64,000 nucleotides of DNA from a virus (lineage: Duplodnaviria > Heunggongvirae > Uroviricota > Caudoviricetes). The DNA is taken from the IMG/VR virus record IMGVR_UViG_3300042892_003674; one strand, written 5' to 3'. Below the pieces are notes generated by a model. The model was not told the DNA's origin, ran no database searches, and saw nothing but the letters and a program-made list of their open reading frames with translations. Positions 55,968-64,000 of the stretch are shown one piece after another (the first letter of the stretch is position 1; each line of letters starts with the position of its first letter). A program made the translations under genes and the position numbers.

Positions 55968-57058
55968 TACTCTATATTAAAGTGTTTTCTTAATGTTTCA
56001 AATGCCATATCCCTTTGTTTACCAAAGTATTTAGCAGAACCACTTACTTTAATAATATTAAGATTTGCAATTACTTTTACAAAATTGATAACATCTTTTG
56101 GAAGTACTATAATGTCAGATGCTTTACACATATCAATTATTGCTTTGTTAGATGGTAACTTTTGATTTACCTTAGTATCTTCTGTAAAGATAACCTTTAA
56201 CATCTCATCATACAATAACCATTTTTGATAATTTGGATCTTTCTCAATCTTATCTCTAAACTCATTGTAACTTCTAAATTTATAGTATTCATTGAAGAAT
56301 ACACCTGCAAGTATAGTTAGTTCAATTAAAGTAGAAATAATAATAAACATTATAGAGTTTTTACTATTATCTTCTTTCTGACCTGCTGCTTCTGTTGTTA
56401 CACTTGCTTCATGTTCTTTAATCTTAGTGGCTAATTCTGTTTTCTTATCAGTAACTTGTTGTTGAATATCTTTTTTCTGTGTACTCAAATCACTAATAGT
56501 TGTTCTTTGATCTTTAGATAATCTTTGTGTTAAAGCTAAGTTTTGTAAGTTTGTAAGTGTCTCATCTTTAGACTTGAATGAATCTTCTAATCCTTTAATT
56601 TCATCTGTATAAACTTTAGTTAAACTATCATTGTATGTTTTAATAGTTTCTTTACCTTTTACTTCAATCTCTGCACTTTTAGAAGAAAACTCACTTGCAC
56701 CTTTGATAGATGCATAAAATGATAAACTTATTATTGTTAAACTTATAAAGAACAAAGGTAATACTTCTTTTGTTATTCCTTTTAACTTTAAGAAAGAAAT
56801 ACTAAACTTATCAAACATATCTCTTTTAAGTAATTCTAATCCAGCTAAAAGAATAACTGATGCAACTCCTGCTACAATTATATTACCAGTCATAGCACCT
56901 TCAATTACCTTTGATAACATGAAGTATGCCAAAAATATGGATGCAATATGTCCAAAATAAGATAATACGGTAAGTACTATGTTTATAGTCTTATAACTTT
57001 GATTGAAGTTTTGCCCGTTTATTTTCTTCTCTAATTCTTTAAATTTCTCTATTTTCAT
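55967..57058 (-). CDS. Multi-TM membrane protein with coiled coil
   Basis: Three N-terminal TM, coiled coil, further TM. Confidence 0.75.
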   Translation of the reverse strand: MKIEKFKELEKKINGQNFNQSYKTINIVLTVLSYFGHIASIFLAYFMLSKVIEGAMTGNIIVAGVASVILLAGLELLKRDMFDKFSISFLKLKGITKEVLPLFFISLTIISLSFYASIKGASEFSSKSAEIEVKGKETIKTYNDSLTKVYTDEIKGLEDSFKSKDETLTNLQNLALTQRLSKDQRTTISDLSTQKKDIQQQVTDKKTELATKIKEHEASVTTEAAGQKEDNSKNSIMFIIISTLIELTILAGVFFNEYYKFRSYNEFRDKIEKDPNYQKWLLYDEMLKVIFTEDTKVNQKLPSNKAIIDMCKASDIIVLPKDVINFVKVIANLNIIKVSGSAKYFGKQRDMAFETLRKHFNIE

Positions 57059-57380
57059 CTTTAGTTATTATTTTTCCTGTCCATCTTTCCTTAAAGGTCA
57101 GATTTCTATTTTTTATACTTGAAATATAGTCTTCTTTATTTGCAAGTTTTACCTGTAAATCAAATTCACTTTTCTTTTTTACTTCAAGTTGTTCTTCTAC
57201 TTTTAATAATTTATCTTCTAAACTCATTTTAGACTGTTCACTTCTACCTTGAAACAATCTAAAGAAATATCTCCATTTTACTAAAAGATATTTAAGCTCT
57301 TCCGGAGAATAATCTCCTTCAAAATCACTTGTCATTAAAAAATTAAGAATATCTTCATCATTTAATTCTGAAATTTTCAT
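57039..57380 (-). CDS. Coiled-coil hypothetical protein
   Basis: Coupled ORF. Confidence 0.75.
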   Translation of the reverse strand: MKISELNDEDILNFLMTSDFEGDYSPEELKYLLVKWRYFFRLFQGRSEQSKMSLEDKLLKVEEQLEVKKKSEFDLQVKLANKEDYISSIKNRNLTFKERWTGKIITKDENREI

Positions 57381-58459
57381 TGTAATCCTATTTTTTTATA
57401 CTCTTTACTATTAGTCTTCTTAATTATATCAACTAATTTAGTTTTGTTTTTATATTTTTTTGAGTGATTTAAGTGTTTACTCAAATCATTCGACTCTTCT
57501 TTAGATAGATACTCAAATTCAATTACATCTAATAAAGAGTTTGAATCTAATAAAGCGTGATCGATTTCTGTATCATCATCAACATTAAATATTGTTATAA
57601 TGTTGACCTGTATTGAATCCGATAAAAGTCCCTCTACCATCTGTAAAAGATTATTAACATATATATTAGATTTTGTAAATAGTTCATTAAAAATCATTTC
57701 ACAATCATCAATAACGATAATAGGTTTATGATATTTTTTTAAAAAACTTCTAAACTCTGAATTATTCAATGTTGCTTCCAGTAAACTATTTGGTATATAA
57801 ATTACGATCCTATCAACCTTTTCACTTATATGACTGATTATACTTGTTTTACCAGTACCTCTCTCACCATAAATAATACTCAACCCTTTATCAGATTTTT
57901 TAATAGTTTTACATAATTTATCTATAGACTTTATAGTTTTCTCATTATAATAAAGTTCTATATTATCATCTAAGTTTATTCTACTTATTGGTTCGACTTC
58001 TAAACCAGTAGGTGCGATATAAATAGTATTTAGTTTACACCCAGATTCATCATCATCATCAAAATCAATTTGACAATCAGATAATTCATTAGATATTTTA
58101 TCAACTAATTCAGAATCATCTTGATAACTTTTAAAATAGAAACTTATTTCGTGTATAAATGATGAATCACTTTCTCTATCTAACAAAATATATGAAATAT
58201 AAATAGTTTCAGAAACTTTTATAAAATAAATATCATTTATAATATTAAATTCATCTGCAGGAACTACCTCACTTGAAAAGCTTTTTTCTATGGTATACTT
58301 ATCAATAACCTCGTTAAAATCATTTTTTGAGTAGCTATTATACATTTTAATTTTATTTGGTCGATCACCAAATTTATCCCAACAATAAAGAAAATTGTTA
58401 TCATTATCTTCTTTACTTATATTTATCGACAGTTTTGTATTTTTTTTTACGGATTTCAT
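57377..58459 (-). CDS. AAA-family ATPase
   Basis: YGERGTGKT, IVIDDCE, TIFN, IDHALL. Confidence 0.8.
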   Translation of the reverse strand: MKSVKKNTKLSINISKEDNDNNFLYCWDKFGDRPNKIKMYNSYSKNDFNEVIDKYTIEKSFSSEVVPADEFNIINDIYFIKVSETIYISYILLDRESDSSFIHEISFYFKSYQDDSELVDKISNELSDCQIDFDDDDESGCKLNTIYIAPTGLEVEPISRINLDDNIELYYNEKTIKSIDKLCKTIKKSDKGLSIIYGERGTGKTSIISHISEKVDRIVIYIPNSLLEATLNNSEFRSFLKKYHKPIIVIDDCEMIFNELFTKSNIYVNNLLQMVEGLLSDSIQVNIITIFNVDDDTEIDHALLDSNSLLDVIEFEYLSKEESNDLSKHLNHSKKYKNKTKLVDIIKKTNSKEYKKIGLQ

Positions 58460-58519
58460 AAAAATCAATTTTTTTTTTTATATATAGATTACAATAAACT
58501 ATAAACTATTACATTTTTT

Positions 58520-58735
58520 ATGAGAAATTCAGAATTAAATTCTATCCTATTGGTAAATTTGTACTTTACTGGTTGTAAATTACAAAAGCCTTCATGTCCT
58601 AGGACAGAAATGGTTAGAAAGTATCTAAGTAAAAGAATAAATAAAGCTCTAATTGAAAGAAATAGTACAGGTCGTACTTCACTTACAAGTAAAGCTTTTA
58701 TTGTTCTAGGTATTTTTGCAATATTAGTGAACTAG
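58520..58735 (+). CDS. Possible small protein
   Basis: Fills the gap; TATATATA upstream. Confidence 0.35.
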   Translation: MRNSELNSILLVNLYFTGCKLQKPSCPRTEMVRKYLSKRINKALIERNSTGRTSLTSKAFIVLGIFAILVN

Positions 58736-58736
58736 A

Positions 58737-59075
58737 CTATTGTAAGTCATTTTCATTTATTTGTTCATCCTCTGGTTGAACAATACTCTCATCTACTACA
58801 GGTATATCAATAATATCTGCAACCGGTCCACCTAAAGTTGGTCCATCAAATGTCAATAAGTCACCATCAAATGACAAAGGTCCACCCATTAAAGGACCAT
58901 TCATCATTGGTCCTGCTGGTACATTATCAAATGCTCCTTTTTCTTGTTCTTGTTTAATTAAATTCATTATGAACTCTTTTTGTGCTTTTTGAATTTTAGT
59001 ACTCTCATTCTTAACTGCGGTATTACGTGCAGCAACTTTTTGTTTGTGATTCTTTCTTGTTTTTGACTTTGGCAT
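58737..59075 (-). CDS. Hypothetical protein, basic N-terminus and acidic tail
   Basis: MPKSKTRKNHKQKV; GP repeats. Confidence 0.75.
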   Translation of the reverse strand: MPKSKTRKNHKQKVAARNTAVKNESTKIQKAQKEFIMNLIKQEQEKGAFDNVPAGPMMNGPLMGGPLSFDGDLLTFDGPTLGGPVADIIDIPVVDESIVQPEDEQINENDLQ

Positions 59076-59123
59076 AATTTTTAGTATTTTATTTCTAATT
59101 ATATCTATTTAGTCAAATAAGTT

Positions 59124-62100
59124 TTAAAATGTGAAGTCAAAATCAAATTCCTTATTTTGTTCAATGAATAAATCTAACTGATCTCTATCTAAAAATGACT
59201 TCGTTGTACCATCTGGTAATTTAACTTCATACATGAAACCTTGTACTACAGGATTCAAAGAATCAACTGCACTTGTATTACTACCAGTAATTGGATTTGG
59301 TATATTACTACCTGTAACTCCCTTTGGTTCAATACCATCTAAAACTTTCTTAATGTCTTCCGGTGACATATTAGTAGTATCTTCAGGTACAATTTTGATA
59401 TGTGGTGCTTTAATTAAAGCTTCTATACCAAGTAAAGACCAAATAAAATCAATTACACCATTTATAAACTTTTGTATCATCTGAAAGATTGTAAGTAATC
59501 TTAATGGTTGTACTCCTTTTAGTAGATTTTTATATTGATCAGCTGTATAAGTTGGTAATGTTGGAATCATATTTACACTAATATACTTACTTAAATCTGC
59601 CTTACCTGATGCAAGTTTATCACCTACTTTACCTGCCTTACCACCTACTGCTTTACCACTAGCCGCTGCCGCTGCTGCCGCATAAGGTATTAAAGTAAGT
59701 GGACTAAATTTTAATCCAAATATTGCTAATATACCAGTTGGTGTAAAAAATTGAAGAATCCATTGAAAAGATAAGAACTCTTTCATTTTACTGGCAAGTG
59801 TCATAGGATTTGTTAAACTTGCAAAGAAATCAAACATCCATTTTATTATGTCTGCAACGACTTTAATTGGAAATGTTGTTAGTCCAAGTATAGCTTTTAA
59901 TAAGGGTTGTAAGTTTTTAGCAAATGATTCATTCTTATCAGATAACTCTTTTAATTTATCATCAATTGCAGAATTATTAGGAAAGTTTTTCTTTGCTTCA
60001 TCTAATTTTTCTTTTGCTTTATCTAAATCTTCTTGAGTACCACTTTCTAATAAAGTATCAACATCTACAAATGTTTTATTTATTTCCTCTGTAACATAAA
60101 TGAAATTATATTTATTTTGATTAGTCAAAACAAATGTTTGTAAAGAATCTTTGGGAATATACTCTACCGAACCATCCTCAAACTTTATTTGAACTTTATT
60201 TACGTCCTCATTAAAGTTAATAGTTTTATTTTTAAATGGTGGTTGTTTGTCTAGTGCAGATAACTGACTTTGAACTGGTGTCTTTAAATCTAATACCTCT
60301 TGCTTAACAATGTTTTCTAGTGGTTGACCGGTATTTTTAGCAGTTGGTTTTGCATTATCAATTAAGTATTGAACATTTTTGAAAATGTTTTTACTATCAG
60401 GAAAAATTAGTTTTAGTGGTGGTTTATTAGGTACACTACCCATATTCATTGCAATACCAAAGTTTAATTTTGCACCAAATACTGATAATGGAATTGTTGC
60501 ACCGCCATCTAATGTAAAAATACTTTGTAGATTAGTTTCATCTACATAAACATAGTTTGATAATATTGAATTCTTATAGTGTTCTCTTAATTTAGCAACT
60601 GCTTGTTTCTTTTTATCTACAACCTTTTGTAATTTACTTATTCTTTCCTCTGTCTTTTTATTTATATCTTCTACCATTTTTTTGGCTTGTGATTGTTCCA
60701 AATCACTTTTACCTTGTGCATCAGTTACTACTTTACTAGATAATTTACTGGATTCTATTCTAATACTATCAATGTTTTGTTTAATATTATCAATATCAAT
60801 GTCTTTATTACCAATTTGACTCCTCAACTGACCTGCTTTCTGAAATGTTGAAATAGCATCGCTAGATAAAAACTCAAAGTTCTTTGTCAATTTTTCGGAC
60901 ATAATATCTGTTACAAATTTAGCAGGGTTTTGAAATAATGCCATCAGCTTACTAATCTTTGGAAGTAACTTAACTCCTATATCAATCAGTAGTCTAATAA
61001 ATACACCACATGCACCAATTGCATGAGGTAGTCTATACCAACCACCGCCACCTTTACCACGACCAGCATTCTTTCTTTTACCATTCTCATCGGTATCAAA
61101 CTCATTATCATTTTTTAAAATACCTTCGACAATATAATATGACTCTTCATCTAAATCAGTTAAAGCATATCTCTTTATTATACCTAATGTTTGTGGATCA
61201 TCGGGTGCGCCGTGTCCATACCAAAGTGGATCTTTAGTAAATAAATCCGCAGTTGTTAAAAAATCATTAGTTACCTGTGTAGGATCAATAATTTTAGAAT
61301 TACTATATCTATCATCTACTTTTAATCTCCAGATTGGAATTGATTTATCAGTTACATCTATTGTATCTTTTTCGTAGTTTATACTAATACTTCTTTCTAT
61401 ACCAAATGCGGGAAGGTTATATTGAGTATTAGGTCCTTTAAATGTTTCATTATAAATATAATACCATCTTTTTATTATACCATCTTCTGAATAAACTGCT
61501 GCTTTTGTATCACCTAAAAAGTTTATACCATTTTTAATATAGTTGTTTGCAGTTGATGAGTAATACCAAATACCATCTTTTTTAGTAATTCTATAGTAAT
61601 CAGGTGTTTGTAATTGCATTGAGAAAGAAGCACCATTTGTTCCAGGTATAACTATTTTTAATGGTGCTCGTTCAACACTCCATTGATAATGATTATTAGT
61701 AAATCTAGTTGGTGCTAATTCAGACCAAACACTTATATCGTATGTATTTGTATTTTTAATTGTATTATTTTCATAATTCCAGTTCTCAAATGTATAATCA
61801 CTAATTTTATCAAAAATTTGTGTATCTGCACCATTCTTTGATATACTTAAACTAAAAGTTGCACCATTTGAAAAAGAAAACTTAACTCTATTTTTAACAA
61901 ACTTTCTAATACTTGTTCTTATCTCTGGTGTTCCTACTGCATCCAAATACTCAATTGAAGTAACCGGATCAATACGAATAACTTTCATATCATAATCTGC
62001 TTCTGGATCAATCCAGATCATACCTGCTTTACTTCCTCTTTGAACTGCTAGTTTTGCTAACTCAGGATCTTTTGCTGCGTCCGGTATAAAAACTTCAAAT

Positions 62101-63608
62101 GGTTTATATGATTTTTTCATAGCTTCTGGAAAAGCTTCTTTGTTATTTACTTTGTTATAGATAGAGGCTTTGGTGTGTCCATATAAATAAGTCAATTCTA
62201 TCTGAGGTTTTATATCTAAACGACCATTTATATCTTTATTTATTTGTACTTTCTCTTCTTTGGATAAATCTACATTACCATTCAAACCTATATCAATTAG
62301 ATCATTATAATATTTTTTGTGACTTTCTGATTCAATTGTATCAAAACTTTGTATTACAGGATCTTTGGGTATTGCTGGATTACCAGTTAAAATATTTTTA
62401 TCACCTGCTTTATACCTCTTGATTGAGTAGTTCACACCAGGACTTTTTTTACTAACTTTAGTATTTATACCACCAAATAAAGTTTGTTCTTGCCAAATAA
62501 AGTTAGGTGTTCCAAAGTTTGGCCACTCAATCATATCTTGTGGTAGTTTCCATTTTTCAGAACGTAAAATCCACTCTGCTCTTTTAAATGGAGTTACTTC
62601 CTCTGTTCTATCATTACCCTTTAAACCAATAGTTTTTAAATACTCATTGGGATCTAAAGCCTCACCTTTTGAATTATAAATACCAAATATCATTGTCTTT
62701 GGTTTATATGGGTCAAATGGGTCGGTATCTTCAATTTGTACAGGATCAACCTCTGGTAAAGGTTCATCTGCGGGTAGATTTATATAAGTATACGTATAAT
62801 CTAAATTAGGTTCAAATACCCCTGTTGAATAAACTGTTGAAAGAACCTTCCAATATTGACTGTTGAATCCACTTGTATTAGTGTTTTGATTTTTAATATC
62901 TAAACTAACATCATTAGGGTTTGTAGTTTCATTTTGTGCCTTAGTTTCTTTTGGTTTAGTACTTGCTTGAATTGAATTAAGTTTCTGTAACTTTTCTTTT
63001 GTTTCTGCAGCACCTTTATAACCAATTGCTTTTGGTCTTGATGTACCAGAACCTGCATTACCTACTGGTTTTCTTGACTTAACCGTTAAAGGGTCACCAA
63101 AGAAAGGCATGACTCTTGCTATAACATCTTCTGCTTTGGCAACTGAACCAATAGCAACACCAACAATTTCCATAAATGGCTTTTGTGTATCAAAGATAGA
63201 TTGTAAGGTAGTTTTCTCAAATGCCTTAAACCCGGTCATATTAAATTCATCCGGTATTTTAATTTGATCTTTAGGTATTACAAATTTATTACCTTTCTTA
63301 AACTTACTTATATCACCAACATCAATTTTATTCTGTTTAGCAAATTGTCTAAATACTGCTTCATCTTTAGATGCAATAGGACTATTCATATTTTTGAATA
63401 ACATATTCCTAATAAAGGAATCACTGATTCCTAAATCTCCTTCTGCAAACTTTTGAATATAATCTGTGTTTGGTAGTACTAAACCCGTTGAAGAGTTTAG
63501 TCCAATAGACTTAGATGCTTCACTAAGAGGTCCAAAGAAAGCTAATGATACGTTGTAATTTCCACTACCGAGTGGTCCGTAATACGGATATTGTGCTGAT
63601 AATCCCAT
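59124..63608 (-). CDS. Large hypothetical protein (about 1490 aa), probably virion-associated
   Basis: Long ORF, amphipathic helices; GAATATATA just before ATG 63608. Confidence 0.7.
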   Translation of the reverse strand: MGLSAQYPYYGPLGSGNYNVSLAFFGPLSEASKSIGLNSSTGLVLPNTDYIQKFAEGDLGISDSFIRNMLFKNMNSPIASKDEAVFRQFAKQNKIDVGDISKFKKGNKFVIPKDQIKIPDEFNMTGFKAFEKTTLQSIFDTQKPFMEIVGVAIGSVAKAEDVIARVMPFFGDPLTVKSRKPVGNAGSGTSRPKAIGYKGAAETKEKLQKLNSIQASTKPKETKAQNETTNPNDVSLDIKNQNTNTSGFNSQYWKVLSTVYSTGVFEPNLDYTYTYINLPADEPLPEVDPVQIEDTDPFDPYKPKTMIFGIYNSKGEALDPNEYLKTIGLKGNDRTEEVTPFKRAEWILRSEKWKLPQDMIEWPNFGTPNFIWQEQTLFGGINTKVSKKSPGVNYSIKRYKAGDKNILTGNPAIPKDPVIQSFDTIESESHKKYYNDLIDIGLNGNVDLSKEEKVQINKDINGRLDIKPQIELTYLYGHTKASIYNKVNNKEAFPEAMKKSYKPFEVFIPDAAKDPELAKLAVQRGSKAGMIWIDPEADYDMKVIRIDPVTSIEYLDAVGTPEIRTSIRKFVKNRVKFSFSNGATFSLSISKNGADTQIFDKISDYTFENWNYENNTIKNTNTYDISVWSELAPTRFTNNHYQWSVERAPLKIVIPGTNGASFSMQLQTPDYYRITKKDGIWYYSSTANNYIKNGINFLGDTKAAVYSEDGIIKRWYYIYNETFKGPNTQYNLPAFGIERSISINYEKDTIDVTDKSIPIWRLKVDDRYSNSKIIDPTQVTNDFLTTADLFTKDPLWYGHGAPDDPQTLGIIKRYALTDLDEESYYIVEGILKNDNEFDTDENGKRKNAGRGKGGGGWYRLPHAIGACGVFIRLLIDIGVKLLPKISKLMALFQNPAKFVTDIMSEKLTKNFEFLSSDAISTFQKAGQLRSQIGNKDIDIDNIKQNIDSIRIESSKLSSKVVTDAQGKSDLEQSQAKKMVEDINKKTEERISKLQKVVDKKKQAVAKLREHYKNSILSNYVYVDETNLQSIFTLDGGATIPLSVFGAKLNFGIAMNMGSVPNKPPLKLIFPDSKNIFKNVQYLIDNAKPTAKNTGQPLENIVKQEVLDLKTPVQSQLSALDKQPPFKNKTINFNEDVNKVQIKFEDGSVEYIPKDSLQTFVLTNQNKYNFIYVTEEINKTFVDVDTLLESGTQEDLDKAKEKLDEAKKNFPNNSAIDDKLKELSDKNESFAKNLQPLLKAILGLTTFPIKVVADIIKWMFDFFASLTNPMTLASKMKEFLSFQWILQFFTPTGILAIFGLKFSPLTLIPYAAAAAAASGKAVGGKAGKVGDKLASGKADLSKYISVNMIPTLPTYTADQYKNLLKGVQPLRLLTIFQMIQKFINGVIDFIWSLLGIEALIKAPHIKIVPEDTTNMSPEDIKKVLDGIEPKGVTGSNIPNPITGSNTSAVDSLNPVVQGFMYEVKLPDGTTKSFLDRDQLDLFIEQNKEFDFDFTF

Positions 63609-63655
63609 TTTGTATATATTCAAACAAAAGGTATTCCTAAAATAATATATAAGTT

Positions 63656-64000
63656 ATGAAGTATTTAAAACGATTTGATGAGAGATTAGGTATATCTCAA
63701 GACATGGAGCAACAAGTTGATGATTATATGAAAACTATTAGAAGTAAACCAATTTCAAAAGTTTTTAAATTACTTTATAAATGTGATTTAGGTAATTATT
63801 ATTTTAAACTAGTGATAGATCCGAAAATAACTAGTGAAGGTTATTTTACTAGTGATCCAAGTTCAATTACTGGATTAGAAATCCATTTAAAAGATAGAGA
63901 GGATGAATCAACATTATTACATGAGGTTAAACATTTAGACTTTCATTTAAGAAAAAAAGGTAAAACCAAAACAAACTTTACTAAAGCACAAAAGTCTATA
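63656..64000 (+). CDS. N-leader protein with HExxH motif (partial, runs off window)
   Basis: MKYLKRFDE...TLLHEVKH; TAATATATA at 63643. Confidence 0.8.
   Translation, partial: MKYLKRFDERLGISQDMEQQVDDYMKTIRSKPISKVFKLLYKCDLGNYYFKLVIDPKITSEGYFTSDPSSITGLEIHLKDREDESTLLHEVKHLDFHLRKKGKTKTNFTKAQKSI

Noticed and set aside
3079-61237. Other short overlapping or antisense ORFs in the track (e.g. 3079, 5255, 24020, 26248, 29843, 32455, 38232, 39001, 46909, 54706, 59233, 61010)
   Set aside because: Lie largely within better-supported genes and show no motifs or independent signals
1-64000. Stop-codon reassignment
   Set aside because: TAA, TAG and TGA all end genes cleanly, and ung, the methylase and ATPases are intact in the standard code

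Overview
AT-rich, gene-dense segment of a large dsDNA phage (jumbo-phage-like), standard genetic code. The host is very probably Bacteroidota/Flavobacteriia: repeated TTTG-N19-20-TAnnTTTG promoters, A-rich leaders without Shine-Dalgarno, a T9SS-tailed nuclease and an Hc1-like protein. Recognisable genes are few: SPFH protein, ACP-like protein, ankyrin protein, endonuclease I, RHH regulator, ung, C-type lectin, HAD, DUF285/NHL protein, two AAA ATPases, YqiA-like esterase, acetyl- and methyltransferases, ATP-grasp, nucleotidyltransferase, Dam-like methylase and a Gly-Ser/Thr repeat fibre. The main unexplained structure is a pair of mutually exclusive peptide motifs. (1) An N-terminal M-K/R-H/Y-L/I-K/R-x-F-x-E leader occurs on about 28 proteins, including a 19-gene hypervariable tandem array (16025-27975); the genes or operons carrying it mostly follow a TAATATATA motif that is also found before structural-type genes, and the leader resembles the T4 capsid-targeting/prohead-protease propeptide. 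(2) A C-terminal R-x-x-K/Q-L/I-x-x-L/I helix occurs on about 35 otherwise unrelated small proteins, many in host-promoter operons, including micro-ORFs missed by the ORF track. Also seen: a GC-skew inversion at about 14.5 kb with a DnaA box and a 28-bp palindrome family (likely origin), an anticodon-less tRNA-like RNA, two structured non-coding islands, and twin 28-bp hairpin insertions with TA duplication. All family assignments come from motif recognition only; no searches were run.
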